Position numbers and translations under genes: made by a program. Positions 43,201 to 57,190 of a stretch of DNA of 64,000 nucleotides are shown here, in pieces; position 1 is the first letter of the stretch; each line of letters starts with the position of its first letter. The DNA comes from the human T2T-CHM13v2.0 reference genome, Homo sapiens: NCBI RefSeq assembly GCF_009914755.1, contig NC_060929.1. One strand, given 5' to 3'. Under the pieces are notes generated by a model, which made no database searches, had not been told where the DNA came from, and saw nothing but the letters and a program-made list of their open reading frames with translations.

Positions 43201-44235
43201 ATGGATGGGGCCACCGAGCCCCCACAGTTTATGCCTTTTGTCTTTGGCTACCAGGGTAGGTAGGGAAAGACCATCGGTGGGGGCAAGGAAATGAGTGTCT
43301 TAGCTCAGACTCTCCTTGGGTGGAGCTTGCTGCAGTCACTGTGGAGGATGGGGGTTTGTTCTCAGGCAAATGGAGTTATGTTGCAAGGGGGAATATGTTA
43401 TGTTCCATGGGGGAATATTGCTGCTTTTGCTGTTTCGTACAGTTTGCCAGGGAAGTGGGGTAAAGTCAGCAGTGACAGACCTCACCCAACTCCCATGCAG
43501 CCAGCAAGGCCAATCTCACTCCCACTGTGTTCCTCAACAGCCAACAGAGCTGAATTTACATCCAGGCCTCCAGTGCACAGGGCTGACATCCTGCCCCAGG
43601 CTACAAGCCTCCCTGCTAAGAAAGCAAGCCGGGCTTTCAGGCTTGCTTTCTCACTCCCTGCCTGCCTGCCACAGCTTCTGTGCTCCATGTCTGCAATTCC
43701 CATCCCACCCGACCCCAGATTCTGCCCAGGAAAGTTCGTGCTCAGTTGAAATTATTCCAAAGTTCAGCTGGAAGTCTCCTTTTCCCATGGCCCTTCCCCA
43801 ATTCCACTGGCTGCCCTTTCCAGGGACCTCTGTGAGACAAAGTCAGAAATGGCTTCCCTGGCTACTGGGAGTGCCTACAGGGCTCTTCCTGCTGCTTCTT
43901 CTACTTTTATATTTCCGTTGGCCCTCTAAATTTGTTTCAGCTCTAGGTAAGGTTAAATCCTTCTCCTATGATCTGGATTTTCAAGTTCCCCAGTGGGGAT
44001 GTGTGTTTGGAGGTGGACTTTCCCCCTGACACTTTGGGCACTCACAGGTTTTCAGCTGTCTCACGGAGTTAGAAGCAGGAAGCCACTTCTTTCAAAAGGT
44101 CTGTGAATTCTTTCGGGTTTCCTGGTATGTTCCTATGGTAGTTCATGGAGTAAAAGTTCATGACGTGAGTTTCCACATTCTGTTCAGTCTGTTTGAGTGG
44201 GAGCTGCAAGTTAGCCCTGCCTCTTATCTGCCTTT
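37223..44235 (-). mobile_element. Full-length L1PB-like element (L1PB2/3-type), disrupted
   Basis: 3'UTR gagattttggtgcacccatcacctgagcagt, ORF2 remnants 38958-41246, ORF1 remnants 41546-42600, 5'UTR to ...ggagctgcaagttagccctgcctcttatctgcc. Confidence 0.88.
37829..38196 (+). mobile_element. MaLR solo LTR (THE1D-like)
   Basis: TGATATGGTTTGGCTCTGTGTC...AACTAATACA. TSD GTGGT (37824-37828) / GTGAT (38197-38201). Confidence 0.92.
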
Positions 44236-44414
44236 TTTTAATGAAAAATCTCATCATTTCTGTGCAGAAAAAACAATTATAAAAGTACAGTCTAGAAGTT
44301 GAAGCCTAGAATTGGAGGTTGATGTTATAGAACCTTTATTTTTTTCATCATTTTATATGAACCTTGATACCATAACATGCCATGACATGCCATTTGTATA
44401 TTCTGATATCTGTT

Positions 44415-44740
44415 AATTCATTTATTTTTATATTCATTTGTTCAGCTAACATTTATTAAGGATATAATATGTGCATAAAATTATGCTTGGCATGAAGGTA
44501 GAGCAGAATGGCATATAAAGCTCCACCTCAAGTAGACTTGAGGGTAGCACATATCCAGAAACATCAGTAATATAAAAGGAAAAGTCTTAAATGCCCTAAG
44601 ATGCAGTTCATATAAGCAAAGGGCACTCAGTATTCAGAAGAAATGAGTCTTTCCCACCCAGACAAAGTAGGGAAGACTTTGTAAAGAGAATAGTGTCTGG
44701 TTTGATTTTTAAGAAGGCTGGATTTAAACAGGCTGAGACA
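44415..44740 (-). mobile_element. L2 fragment
   Basis: attcatttgttcagctaacatttattaag followed by a degenerate L2-like stretch. Confidence 0.55.
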
Positions 44741-45168
44741 ATAAAGGATTACGACAGAATGTGGCAGAGACCCTCTAGAATTGCAAGGGAAGTCTGAGCC
44801 ACTTTGTGGCTGACAAAAAGAAGTGTTTTGTTTGTTTGTTTTTTTGTTTGTTTGTTTACCTCTGACATTGGTCAGTCAAGCTTCGTTTGATTCCCAGTGA
44901 TAAATCAGGGACTACTTTGCAAATAATTTTTTTCAACCATTCTGTAAATTTCTTATATGTATCCATTTGCTTTTTCAATAAAATGAACTTTTCAGAAATT
45001 AAAGAACCACAAATACCTAAAATACCTAAATAAATATATATTTTTGCTACTTTTATTGACAATGCAGATAGAATGAGAGAAAGTTGACAAAACAAGGTGG
45101 CAAACAGGAAATTATTAACAAGGATGAATTCAGTGGGCTTAGGGTTTAAGGATAGTAGCACTGAAGTA

Positions 45169-46011
45169 TGACTGGTTCTCAAATAATGTCATTTTGCTAT
45201 ATCATTAATGAGAAAAAAAATTGATTCCCAGCTAGAGCCGCTGTCTGTGTGGAGTTTGCATGCTCTCCTCATGTCTGTGTAGGTTTCTGCAGATACTTTG
45301 ATTTCCTTCACATCCCAAAGATGTTCTCATCAGGTTAACTGACATGTGTAAACAGTCCCAGTGTTAGTGAGTATGGGTGTGTGAGTGGTCCTGTGATGGG
45401 ATGGTGTTCTGTCTAGGGTGGGTTCCCACCTTTCCCCCTGTGCTGCCAGCATAGGCTCCAGCCACCCATGACCCTGAACTGGAATAAGCAGGTTGGAAAA
45501 TGAATGAATGAATGAATACAAATTATTGAAAGTTAAAAAAATGTTAAAGTCTACGATAATCACACAAATGCACAACAATAAACAATTCAGTACAAAAGTG
45601 CTTAGTGAGCACATGATATTTGTGTTAGTTTTTGAACTGCATGGTGGTAGGAGGTGCTCCTTACAATGTTCATTTTGCAAATATTTATTTCTTAATTTAA
45701 CCCACTGCTACTACAACTGTCATCATTCACCAAATCATCAAAAATTAGGTAAATAGTTATCTTACTTGTTTTCATTTATCTTTCTTAAATGTATGTATAG
45801 CTCATGTTTATTTCAATGTTTAATATTAGAAATATTTTGGGTCTTTATTTAGAAATTTAATGATGTTTTTGTAACCAAAAAGATGCCATAAGAACTTAAC
45901 TCTTGTTTATATCAATTAGTGTATAGTAAATTGGTTTAGTTATATTTTAATTATATCACTTAAAATGACAGTTTCCAAGAATCCATCAGTGAGGTTGAGT
46001 GAAGACTTATG
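45169..46011 (+). mobile_element. MER6 (TcMar-Tigger non-autonomous DNA transposon), near full length
   Basis: gagaaaaaaaattgattccc...ctgtctgtgtggagtttgcatgctctcc...catcccaaagatg; the end reads cagtttccaagaa...agtgaagactta; ~845 bp, flanked by TA. Confidence 0.85.
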
Positions 46012-46412
46012 TACTAAGGAAGTCTGGGATTTACAGGTAGAGTATTTTTAAAAAAGCGAAATTAATACTTATTATCATGAGGCAGTGTTATAAAGGGACA
46101 ATCATTTCCAAAGTCAGTGTGAGGATTTGCCCGATGTGAACTTCTTTCAATTTGTGGCTGTTTGTACCTGGTGAAGCTCAGGCTGATAAATTACTTGAAT
46201 GCATATGTTTATCTATTGTTAATCCTCTGAAGAGCTTAAGAAAGTTGCTGGGATTTTTCCACCTGCATATTAGTTAATTTGGGACATCGTTTTTGATGTC
46301 CATCCAAACGCTTTCATCTTAGACACTGAGTAAAATCTAATGCCAGGCAAAATGTCTGCTCATGAATTTGAATTCTCTCTTTCCCTGTTCTCCCAGAATC
46401 TGGACACTCTTT

Positions 46413-46472
46413 TGTGTGTGTGTGTGTGTGTGCATGTGATATGATGTGTGTGTGTGTGTGTGTGTGCGTGCA
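46413..46472. repeat. Compound (TG)n microsatellite
   Basis: Two (TG)~10 runs separated by catgtgatatga. Confidence 0.95.
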
Positions 46473-49400
46473 TGCAAGTGGATGTGAGTGTTGAGAAGGG
46501 GAGGGCAAAAGGAGTAGTTAAGGAAGGTGATCCTACCACATATTAACTATTGGTAAACTGATCTTCAATTTCCTTGAAACTCTAAGAACCACTTTCATTA
46601 ACTAGAAAGTGATATTCATCTTAGTAAAAAGTAGTTATATCAAATTTAGTAAGTTCTACAGTTGTAAAGCAATGTTTGGTCTGTCTGTGAATATTGATAA
46701 ATTCTCAAACATAATAGAGTTATCAGTTTTTTCAGATAACTTTTGAAACTTCAGGCTTCGATCTTGAAAATTTTTTAAACATTAAGATAGCTGGCCTTGA
46801 TCATACCCCACCTCCAAGTTGACCAATGAGTGGCATAAGAAACATTTTTGTAAGGTCTTGAAATGTGAACACAAAAAACCTTCATATATCCATTCCTGCT
46901 CCTCCTGCTCTCTAATTCCATAGAGGTACCATGAATGTATATAACAGACCTGTTTCCCTCAGCACATTTCAAAAGAGAAAACATATTCAGATCAACAAAG
47001 AGTGTTTTTAATTTACCCTGATGAGCTGTATTTCAAATCGCCATGCAGATAGGAGACTTGAGTCATTTGCTTACACACACACACATCCCTACTCATATGT
47101 TGATCACAAAGCAAACTCCTCTAATCACAAGATTGCAGGACTGAACTTCTTGGGAGACATACCAACCAAGAACCCACAACTTCACAGGGAAGTTTAATTA
47201 CTACATTGCCCCACGGAGCTTACCCTCAACTCTGACAAGCAGATTTCACATTAACATGATACACAAAATGTCTAAACTCATTCTGTTCAGAATTTTTTAA
47301 AAATGGCTGTACGTTGTCTTAAGTACTCAGCCCCAAGATGAAGAATCCTCAAAGAAAACAATAGTACATAAGCTGATGTGGTAATGTCAAATACCAGATA
47401 CCATGCAGAAAATCCAGTGTGAGTTTTCTCCTTCATGTAAAGGTCTGGTTCATTCACCTGAATAAACTGGCCTCTGATATGCATTACACCATGAGTATGA
47501 GATCAGAATTTTCTTCCTTGACTAATGTCTAATGTAGAAACACGTAAAGCCTATGTTTCTTTAAATAACTATGGTTATAATTATTTTAAACCATTATCAA
47601 GTGCAAAGTATTTGAGTATTATCAAGTGCAAAATTTTAAAGCATTGGTTCCAAATTATGAATCGCTCACGTTGGACAAATCACTTTACACCCAGATGCCT
47701 GACAGTTGCTCTCAAAGACCAGACTGGAAACTCTTTATCCTAACACTTAGGTTTTCTCCTAAACTCTGCAATTGCCTTGATGTCCAAATAGGAATCCAAA
47801 GGTAGTTAAAAACAATAGTAAAGGTAACATAAGAGACTAAAGAATCCAAAGAAACTGAATGTTCTGGGAGTTTCTTTATCTTTTACAAGCGTTAACAGAT
47901 TGCAATTGTGAGTTTATATTTTTTGGCAAGCATGTTTATTTTGTACTGATGAAAATATTTGGCTTTGCAAAATGTGTTTTGGTCAGGTAGACTCATGACC
48001 CAGGCCATTCATCACTGGCGTAATGTCAGGACTAGGACTGTTTGGCTCATCTAGGAGAACATGAACTCCCAGCATATGCAGCAAAGAGCAGTCCCTAAAA
48101 GAGCAGGTATCTGAGGGGGGTACCACATGGCCCAAGTGTCAATAGCAGCTGCAGATCCTTGTCTCCTTCCCCACTCCACCCTGTATAGACCTGCAAATTG
48201 CAGTATGACTCAGACCTTCCCTACTGCTAGGAGAAGAATACACGGGACCACAATCATTTTGAAAAGTGGGAGGGAGTCTGTTGCGGGTCTGGGCTGACTG
48301 TCCTCACCCCCGGCTAGAGTGATCTCTCAGTGGACATTCTTTGCTGTTTTATAGGACATTGCAATGCAATAGATCTGGTTACGTGGCAGTTGTGAGCTGG
48401 TAGGGGGTGGGGTGGGGGGAGGAGGATAGATGATGATACATTCCTACTCTTGTCATAAATGAGCACAAATTTCTTCCATGGGTCATAGTCAGTATAAATG
48501 GCAAAGTCCCCAAGTTGTTCTTTGAGTAAGTCTGCCTACCATAACTCATATAGATTAAGAGTGTTTACATACATACACAAAAAATTCTGTTGCTGGGGGG
48601 TAGCTAAGCCAGATGGAACATTTTAGAAAACCCAAACACAATTTGCTGTCACATGATGCTACAACGTTGCTACTGCTGCACAACCAGTAGGGGATAAAAA
48701 TGTACTCCTTGTTTGAACTTTATCTTAGCACCTAACCTCAAGTCCTCTGTCCCTTCACTGATGGCTATTTAAACCTTGTACAGCATGTACAGAAGGTTGA
48801 CCACCAGTTGATACATCTGTGCTGTAGCAAACAATATTAACAGTTAGGATCAAATGCAATAATACCTAAAACATCTTCCCATTTTCTCTGACCTTCAAGC
48901 TTTCCTTATGCTTAAAACATGTTTGGCCTTTCCTTTATATCCTGGTGCTATTGGAGACAAGCTCCTGATGGAATTTTCCATATCTTTTGGCTTGTGGAAA
49001 AATCCCTTCACCAGGTGCATTGCCTGTTTCAATGGCATTTGTTTTTGAACTGCCTACTTTTTTTTTAAATCCAGTATTATGGCAGATTTGTATTTTCACA
49101 GTTTATACATCTATACTTCTTCATGGTGATTTAGGCATGTCCTGGCACTTAGTCATTAAAACACAAGAGAATAAGGATTCTTCACGATTTCTCTCATTAT
49201 TGAGCCTCAGGCCCCTTTGTGTGTTTAGGGGTTGAAAGTCGGAGGGAGTGATGTTCCTATTAATAGATGAAAGATGAATTTAAGAGAAAGGCTATATAAA
49301 GATAAGCTCTTGCAACATACACATAAAGCTGGTGCTTCACTTCCCAGTTTTGGAGTGTCTGGGATGAGCAGGAATGCTGGAGACCCAGCTGCTGCTTCTG

Positions 49401-50319
49401 TGCTTCACCATGAAAAACTTCCCCTCTGAAGTGCTTGCTTTTTTAGATGTCACATGATTCTTGCAGCTGAAGCAATCCTTCTCTAACTTGGCTCTTTTAC
49501 ATGCAAAACATTTTAAATCATGTTCACATTAGCTTAGTGTACCTTAATTCCAATCTTTTAAGTTAAAATAAGAAAGAACTTGTTTTCTTTTATTGAAACA
49601 GGGAGGGGTTCCCTGTAGGGCAAAAGGGGTCAAAATATTTAATCTCCGTTTGATACCAAGTTCATCACCTTTATTGTTCAGTGAGTTTTCTTTCTGATTA
49701 TCTTATGTTTTTAGAGTCTAAGTAGTTTTATATGCAAGAAACAAAGGACTAAAGTGTTTTTGAAAAATTATGCCAGAAAGAAAAAACAATTGCCTATATA
49801 AAGCTGAAACCCAAATATCTTAAACTGATTTTCCACTTAATTCCTCAATCCTTTTCTAAGAGTGTAAGTATTTAGCTAATATTCATTACATACATATTTG
49901 AATTAACTCTGTACTGTGTTTAATTCTCAAACTCTTGATCTTGGATAGCAGGACCAAATCTCTAGCTTTTTGTGCTAAAATTAATGAAAGGGAGGAAGAA
50001 CCTAAGGACAATAGATGAGCCACTACCCTTGGACTACCTCTGGATTTCCCCTTCTGAGCTCAGATAGGCCAGGACCTCTGCATTCTGGATGGGCTTTTCT
50101 AGGAGCAGACTTTCTGAGATTCACAGATCTGTGACCCATTTTGACAGGACGTGTATGTAAGAAGGCATATTTAAAATGTCTGCCCTGAAGTTACCCTAAC
50201 TTGCCAGTCTTCTGGAACTGCCTTTTCTTTACTATCTAAATAAACTGGATCAATACTCCAGTCTTACTACCCTTCCCTATATTTTTACAGATTTCCCAGA
50301 GGGATTTGTTTACCAGCAT

Positions 50320-52068
50320 AACTTTTTAAAAATTTTTCATTTTTATTTTAGATTCAGGTGGTACATGTACAGGTGTGTGACAAGGGTATATTGCATGATG
50401 CTGAAGTTTGGGCATCTGTTTATCCTGTCACCCAGGTAGTAAAGGTAATACTTAAGAAGAAATTTTTCAACCTTTCCCCCTCACTCTTTCTGCCTTCTTG
50501 GATTCCCCAGTGCCTATTATTCGTGTCTTTATGTTCATGTGTACCAAAGATTTAGCTCCCAGATATAAATGAAAATGTGATATTTTCACTGCCTACTTTT
50601 CTGTTTTTGTGATTTTCTGTTTTTGTGTTAATTCACTTGGGATAATCCATGTTGCTGCAGAGACCATGATTTCATTCTTTTTATGACTGTATAGCACTCC
50701 ATGGTGTATATATACCACATTTTCTTTATCCAATCCACCATTGAGGGGCACATGGGTTGATTCCATGTCTTTGCTATTGTGAATAGTGATGCAATAAACA
50801 TGTAAGTGCATGTGTCTTTTTGGTAGAACAATTTATTTTCCTTTGGGTATATACCCAGTAATAAGATGGCTGGCCTGAATGGTAGTTCTATTTTTAATTC
50901 TTTAAGAAATCTCCAAACTGCTTTCCACAGTGGCTGAACTAATTTACATCCCCACCAACAGTGTGTAAATATTCCTCTTCTCTGTAACCTCGCCAACATC
51001 TGTTATTTTTTACTTTTAATAATAGCCATATCTGGCTGGTGTAAGACAGTATCTCATCGTGGTTTTGATTTGCATTTCTTTGATGATTAGTGATGTTGAG
51101 GATTTTTTCATGTTTATTGGCCACTTCTATGTTTTCTTTTGAGAAGTGTTTGTTCATATCTTTTGCCCACTTTTTAATGGGGTTTTTTTTTCTTATTGAA
51201 TTGTTTAACTTCCTCATAGATTCTGGATATTAGTCCTTTGTCAGATGCATAGTTTGCTAATATTTTCTTACCTTCTTTAGGTTGTCTGTTTACTCTGTTG
51301 ATAGTATCTTTTGCTGGGCAGAAGCTTTTTAGTTTAATGGGATCTCACTTGTCAATTTTTGTTTTTGTTACAATTGCTTTTAAGGACTAGGTCATAAATT
51401 CTTTTCAAGGCCAAAGTCCAGAAGGGTATTTCCTAGATTTTCTTCTAGGACGCTTATACTTTGAGGTCTTACATTCAAGTCTTTAATCCACCTTGAGTTG
51501 ATTTTTTTGTATGGTGATAAGTAGGGGTCCAGTTTTATTTTTCTACATATAGTTAGGCAATTTTCCCAGAACCATTTATTGAAAAGTCCTTTTCCCGTAG
51601 CTTATTTTTATCAACTTTGTCAAAGATGAGTTGGTTATAGGAATATAGGTTTATTTCTGTATCCTCTCTTCTGTTCCATTGGTCTATGTGTCTATTTTTG
51701 TACCAGTACCATGCTGTTTTGGTTACTGTAGCCTTGTAGTATAGTTTGAAGTCAGGTAATGTGATGCTTTTGGCTTTGTTCTTTTTGTTTAGGATTGCTT
51801 TGGCTATTTGGGATCATTTTGGTTTCATATGAATTTTAGCAGAGTTTTTTTTCTAATTCTATGAAGAATGACATTGGTAATTTAATAGGAATAGTAATTA
51901 TTGGTAAATTAACAGGAATCTGTAGATTGCTTTGGGCAGTATGGTCATTTTATTGATGTTGATTCTTCCTATCCATGAGCATGGAATGTTTCTTCATGTG
52001 TTTATATTGTCTCTGATTTCTTTCAGCAGTGTTTGTAGTTCTCCTTGTAAAGATCTTTCACCTCCTTG
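50320..52068 (-). mobile_element. 5'-truncated L1PA15/16-like element
   Basis: 3'UTR plus ORF2 C-terminal remnants (50628-51217). TSD ACCAGCAT at 50312-50319 and 52069-52076. Confidence 0.88.
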
Positions 52069-52149
52069 ACCAGCATGTCTCTTTCTCTGAATTCCTCTGC
52101 CTAATTGGGCTACCTGCTTCCCCACCTCCATGTCCTGCTGGGCAGTACT

Positions 52150-52292
52150 GAGGGTTATGTCATTGTTATGTCATTGAACAGCTCTAGGGGGCACCACTAA
52201 CTTTGTAGTTTATGTGAATGACATCTTCTGAAGCACATATACGGGTATACGGGTGAATGATGTCCCTGGAACTGAGCAACACTGTGGCTGCC
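52150..52292. mobile_element. Possible MER91-like palindromic DNA element remnant
   Basis: cagctctagggggcacca...gtgaatgatgtccctggaactgagcaacac resembles the recalled MER91 pattern. Confidence 0.45.
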
Positions 52293-55200
52293 AAAAATTT
52301 TTTTAAAAATAAAATAAATAAAAATAAAATAAAAATTATTTTTTTTATTCCCTAAAGTACTATAACTCAAAACTCATATGTATGATAGAAGTCTACAGAA
52401 GGTAATATAGCTAATAGGGAGTTAATTGCATTACAGAGTGGGAAATGCTTTTAGGCCAAGTAGGGGGAGGGGAGGGGTTCAATTTTCATAACCAAACAGT
52501 CCCAGATCATTGGGGTATTTTACTTAAAAAGAAAAAACTCCCAAAAGGAATTCCACCTTATTCCTAAACCTTTGCCCTTTTGTCTCAAAATGCCAAGATG
52601 ACAGATATTTTTATTGCCTTTACAGATGGTTTAAGGAAAAAGGAGGGAAGGATGTGATGAAATCACATGGATGATTTAGAACTATGGCAAAGCCCCAAGC
52701 TGAAAACCTAAAATCTCTGGATTCATTTCTGTTTGCCACTTCACATTATATATTTAGCCTTTCCCAAATTGAGACCAAGAGGAAAACAGCTTTCAGAAAC
52801 AAGTTTCTCTTATCTAGCCAATGTCAACCAATTGTTTACACTATTGATTTGAAAATTTGCCTCCTACTCTAGGTCTTTCTTACATTGCCAATTAGCTGGT
52901 TCCTAATATCCTGTCACCAAGATTAAGATTCTCTGATTAAGGATTTATAACTGGTATCTCATTTTTATTATATTTCTAGAGAAGTGAAGTCTCCCCTTAC
53001 TGTGTAATTCCTCTCTCCTGACCATGATTGGTAAATACATATTTAATTGAGTAAAATGTAAATAAATTTTCTTTTTAAAACTGATTTATGAGAGTTTAAT
53101 GCTATCCAAATCAAAGTCTTTAATTATTTTTTAATCCTTCAGATAGCCACTTCATTGAATACAAAATTAATTGATGTTATGAAATTTTCTTGATGTTGTA
53201 CTAAAGCTAAGTAAATTGAATGAACATCATCACTTATAGAAAAATTAGAAAGCACTGTATTTAAATAGAATGATGTCCAAAATAGCTCAGTAGCCAGGCA
53301 AATATATTCTTGGTAATAGGATAGTTGGCTAGTCCAGGCTATCTCATAAAAGGACACAGATGAAACTAGAGAGACTGGCTAGAGAACTAATTATCAATTG
53401 AATATAGAGCTATATTTAAAGGATTTTATTTATTGCAGTCTGTGAAATGAATTTTTACATATATTTAAGAATTACAGAGAAATAGACAATCTTCTTCATT
53501 AGAACCTTAACTTCTCTTCCCTATTATTGTAATCAAAAATTATATCACATACTGCAATTTCAGTAGCTGCTTAGAATATATGGTTGGCTATATAGAATCT
53601 ACATGGTTTAAAGAAAAAACAATCATGATATGAAATAGGGAATTCAAAGTATCAGAAAAGATGGGACTGAGTTGAAAAGACAAGAGACAAAGGTAATAGT
53701 TGAATCAGTTGGAACAATGCTGTCTTCTTTATCCCAACCTGACCCAATGTGTGTCTCTTTTGAGCTCTCTAGTTGAACAACATGTGATGGGCATTTAAAT
53801 GAGGTTCTATAGAAGCAGTTAGCATACCGTGTGTCCTATAACAAATAAGGGCAGGTTAGCCATGAAGGAAATGAGATATAAGCATGAGAAAAGTAATCAC
53901 TGAAGTTCACACATTTCAAACAAGACCTTTTACTACTTCTTTTGTGGAGCATGAAGAGGCTGCCTCATATTCGAGAATGTTCTCTGGCAGAGCTCCTTTC
54001 CCCTGCTGTGAAGAGGAGGGCTAAGGACTGCTGAGCTACAGTTGCAGCTCTGTTAGGATATTCCATGAAATTTCCTATCAAATAGCAGAAGGCCAGGCCT
54101 AAGTTAGTGTGGTAGGGAGTTGCCTCCAATGTGCTTTGAGGAGTTTCTAAAAGCATTTCTGTCACCAAATGCCTCCCATAAGAAAGTGCTTGGAAGTCCC
54201 ATCATAATATTCATTCCTCTTACATAAAGGAGATCTTAACCAGACTCAGGAAGTCCTTCTTAGCAACACATAGTTTACCCAAGAGGTGTACCCATGAGTG
54301 ACCTGAACTGTATAGATTTCTCAGCTTGGTTCCACATCCTATTAAGGATCCAGAGGGAGTGGATCCCAAGACAAGTATATTTGGGTGGCAAGTGTAGGGT
54401 GAAGACAGAAAAGTCCGAGATGTAGTAAACATTCCAGATTTAAAATAAAAACAATAAAATGTGGACATATGCACACCATCCCAGGGCAAGAATAGTGGGT
54501 TTCTAGAGGCAATGAAACTAAGGGCCTATTTGAGAAGTAGAAGGCCATTGAAAAGCAAAGTGAGATGGTTAGTACCCAACATAAGCTTTGCCTACCCCGC
54601 AATTTTGCAGTCAAGTCCTGACTTTCAGTAAGGAGGGGAATGGCTTTGGTGGTAGCCATTTATGACTCATGTATGATTGTCAAATGAAGTAAAGTAGGAG
54701 AAGTCACAGAACTCTAGCTGACTTGGGCTTCTGACTCTCTTCTGAATGTCAGTGTTGAACAGGGATCTGCCATCAGGAATTTATCTTCCTTGTTAACAAA
54801 GAGGGAGGGCTTGTGGTTTTAACTGGCCACTGATTTTTGAGCTAATAATCTGCCACCTTTGGAGATTCCATTACAGAGTTCTCATGTTATTTTCTTACTT
54901 TCAGTAGAACTGAAGAAAACAATAAACGAGAAATGAAAGTGTGCTCTGCTGTCTCTCTGGGGTCACAGGCCAGTCACCTGCGCATCCTGTACCAGTCAGG
55001 TTATCTGGCCAAACAAGGAGAGGGAGCCGTGCTACACATCAGTCAGCACATTTTATCTCACTGCTTTCCGCCATAAAAATGCCAGCGTAAAGAAAATTAA
55101 GCCAGGTGACAAACCACAACAAGAAAAGATTGTTTTCCCAAATTTTCTTGCCTGAAGAAGGTAAAGGAAAATATTAAAGGTAATTGGGTCAGGCTTCAGT

Positions 55201-56116
55201 AACTTAAGTGTCATATACCACCCACTATGCAACCCGCCAAATAGCCTGCAGGGTTAATAATGATACAAAAGCAAAAAAGGAAAAACTGAACTGTTTGAAA
55301 ACTCACGAAATTTCCTCGGGAAGGAATTCAAAGAAGGTGAAATAAATGAATCCTGTCCACTAGGCTGATTAAAGAGCAGCAATTGTATTGTCAGTCCTGC
55401 CAGGACTCAAATGCCCCCTCAGAATTCAGAATTAGAGGTACTTGTAACCCTCTTGATTTAGACAAATGGACAATAGACATCTGCCTGAAGGTGAAGAACA
55501 GTTTTACTAACTGTCTTGTGTGGTAATTGACAGCAGCTGACAATGAAAACTGCGGAGAGGTAGGTTAAGAGGTCAGTTATCTGCCAAGACCTGTAAGCCT
55601 GGAGCATGATTTGAATGTTATACATGAGCACCAGGAAAGGCTGTGCATGTGTGACTGTGGGTATAGAACTCACCCATCCTGTGTCAGATAATTTATGTTG
55701 ATGTTTCTTCTCATGTCACATGTCAAATCATGCCTCACTGGCTGCTGCCAATTTCATCAGACCCAGTGTACACAAGGATCTGTGCAGGGTGAAGGTTTTC
55801 ATTGGCCCTTGTCCTTAGATCATTAGTTCGTAGCTTGCAATTAGAGAACTGCTGCAACAATAATTCAAGTAATCATAACTTTTAAAAAGAAAAGAGTTTA
55901 AGAATATATTCATAGTTGTGTATTATTATTATTATTAATATATCATTGGGACTAACAGGAAAAAAAAAAAAACCCTCAAAAACTAGAGACAAACTAAATG
56001 GCCATCAATACACTGAAATATTAATCAGCCATTAAGCAAAATGAGGTGGATTTATAAATTTTTGCATGAAAAGATGTCCATAAAATGCCTTAAGTTATTA
56101 AAAATAAAAAGAATTT

Positions 56117-56407
56117 GGCCAGGTGCAGTGGCTCACGCCTATAATCCCACCACTTTGGGAGGCCAAGGCGGGCAAATGGCTTGAGTTCCGGAGTTCGAAA
56201 CCAGCCTGGACAACATGGTGAAACCCTATCTCTACAAAAAATACAAAAAAGTTAGCTGGCCATAGTGGCACACACCAGTAAACCCAGCCACCTGGGAGGC
56301 TGAGGAGGTGGGAGAATCAGCTGAGCCCAGGAAGGTTGAGGCTGGAATGAGCCATGAGCACACTGCTATACTCCAGTCTGGGCAACAGAGTGAGACTCTG
56401 TCTCAAA
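56117..56407 (+). mobile_element. AluJ-like, within an old L1 3' remnant (~55960-56600)
   Basis: Diverged Alu dimer. TSD AAAAAGAATT at 56106-56115 and 56428-56437. Confidence 0.9.
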
Positions 56408-57024
56408 CTTATTTTTTTTAATTTTTAAAAAAGAATTAAATTGAGAACAAAATATATTTTTTGATTCCATTTTTTGTTAAAAAATAATTTTTTTGATATA
56501 TGAGAGGAAAAGAATCTGAAAGAGTACGCTTGAGGAATAGGTTTGAAAAGAGTAAGATTTGGATTTTATTTCTTACTGAATACACTCTTTGCTACTTACA
56601 TGTTTTGAAATGAGCATAAATTCATTTATTAATTTTTTAAAATAGCCAATTTCTTATTTAAAAAGGGGAAATGGTAAAATAGAAAAAAACAATATGGGAA
56701 GAGCTGAGAAGTATGGTTCAAAACTGTATTTTTGTGGGCAGATCACTTGAATTGCCAGGGGTAGTTAATTTTATTGTACTTGCTTAGTTTATGTTCAATT
56801 CTATTGGATAACTTAAGATCTATATTTTCTCTTTAGAATGCCAATGTGTGTGTCTGGCATGTGTGTGGTTTCTGATAGCACACTGAGAGAAAAAAAGAGA
56901 AAATGTTGAATTATTTCTACTTTTCTTATTTTTGTTCTCCATTTGGGGAGGTCCTTTTTATTCTTTTTTTTCTTCCCTCATTTCTTTCTCTTTTATTACC
57001 TAATTTTTATTTGTGCTAAAACTG

Positions 57025-57147
57025 TGTATTATTCATGAATCTTTTGCTTACAAGAGACAGAAACCCAGCTCAAAAAAGCTTATGCCATAAAAGAGAAATT
57101 GCGTTAAATTTTTTCATGAAGATTTTCTTTTCTTTCTTTCTTTCTTG

Positions 57148-57190
<43 letters not shown>

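Noticed and set aside
43291-44029. 152-aa and 237-aa ORFs on the + strand
   Set aside because: They lie antisense within the GC-richer 5'UTR of the L1PB element, show no recognisable domain, and are expected by chance.
52292-52350. A/T-only quasi-palindrome
   Set aside because: It is low-complexity sequence, and its symmetry is expected from composition.
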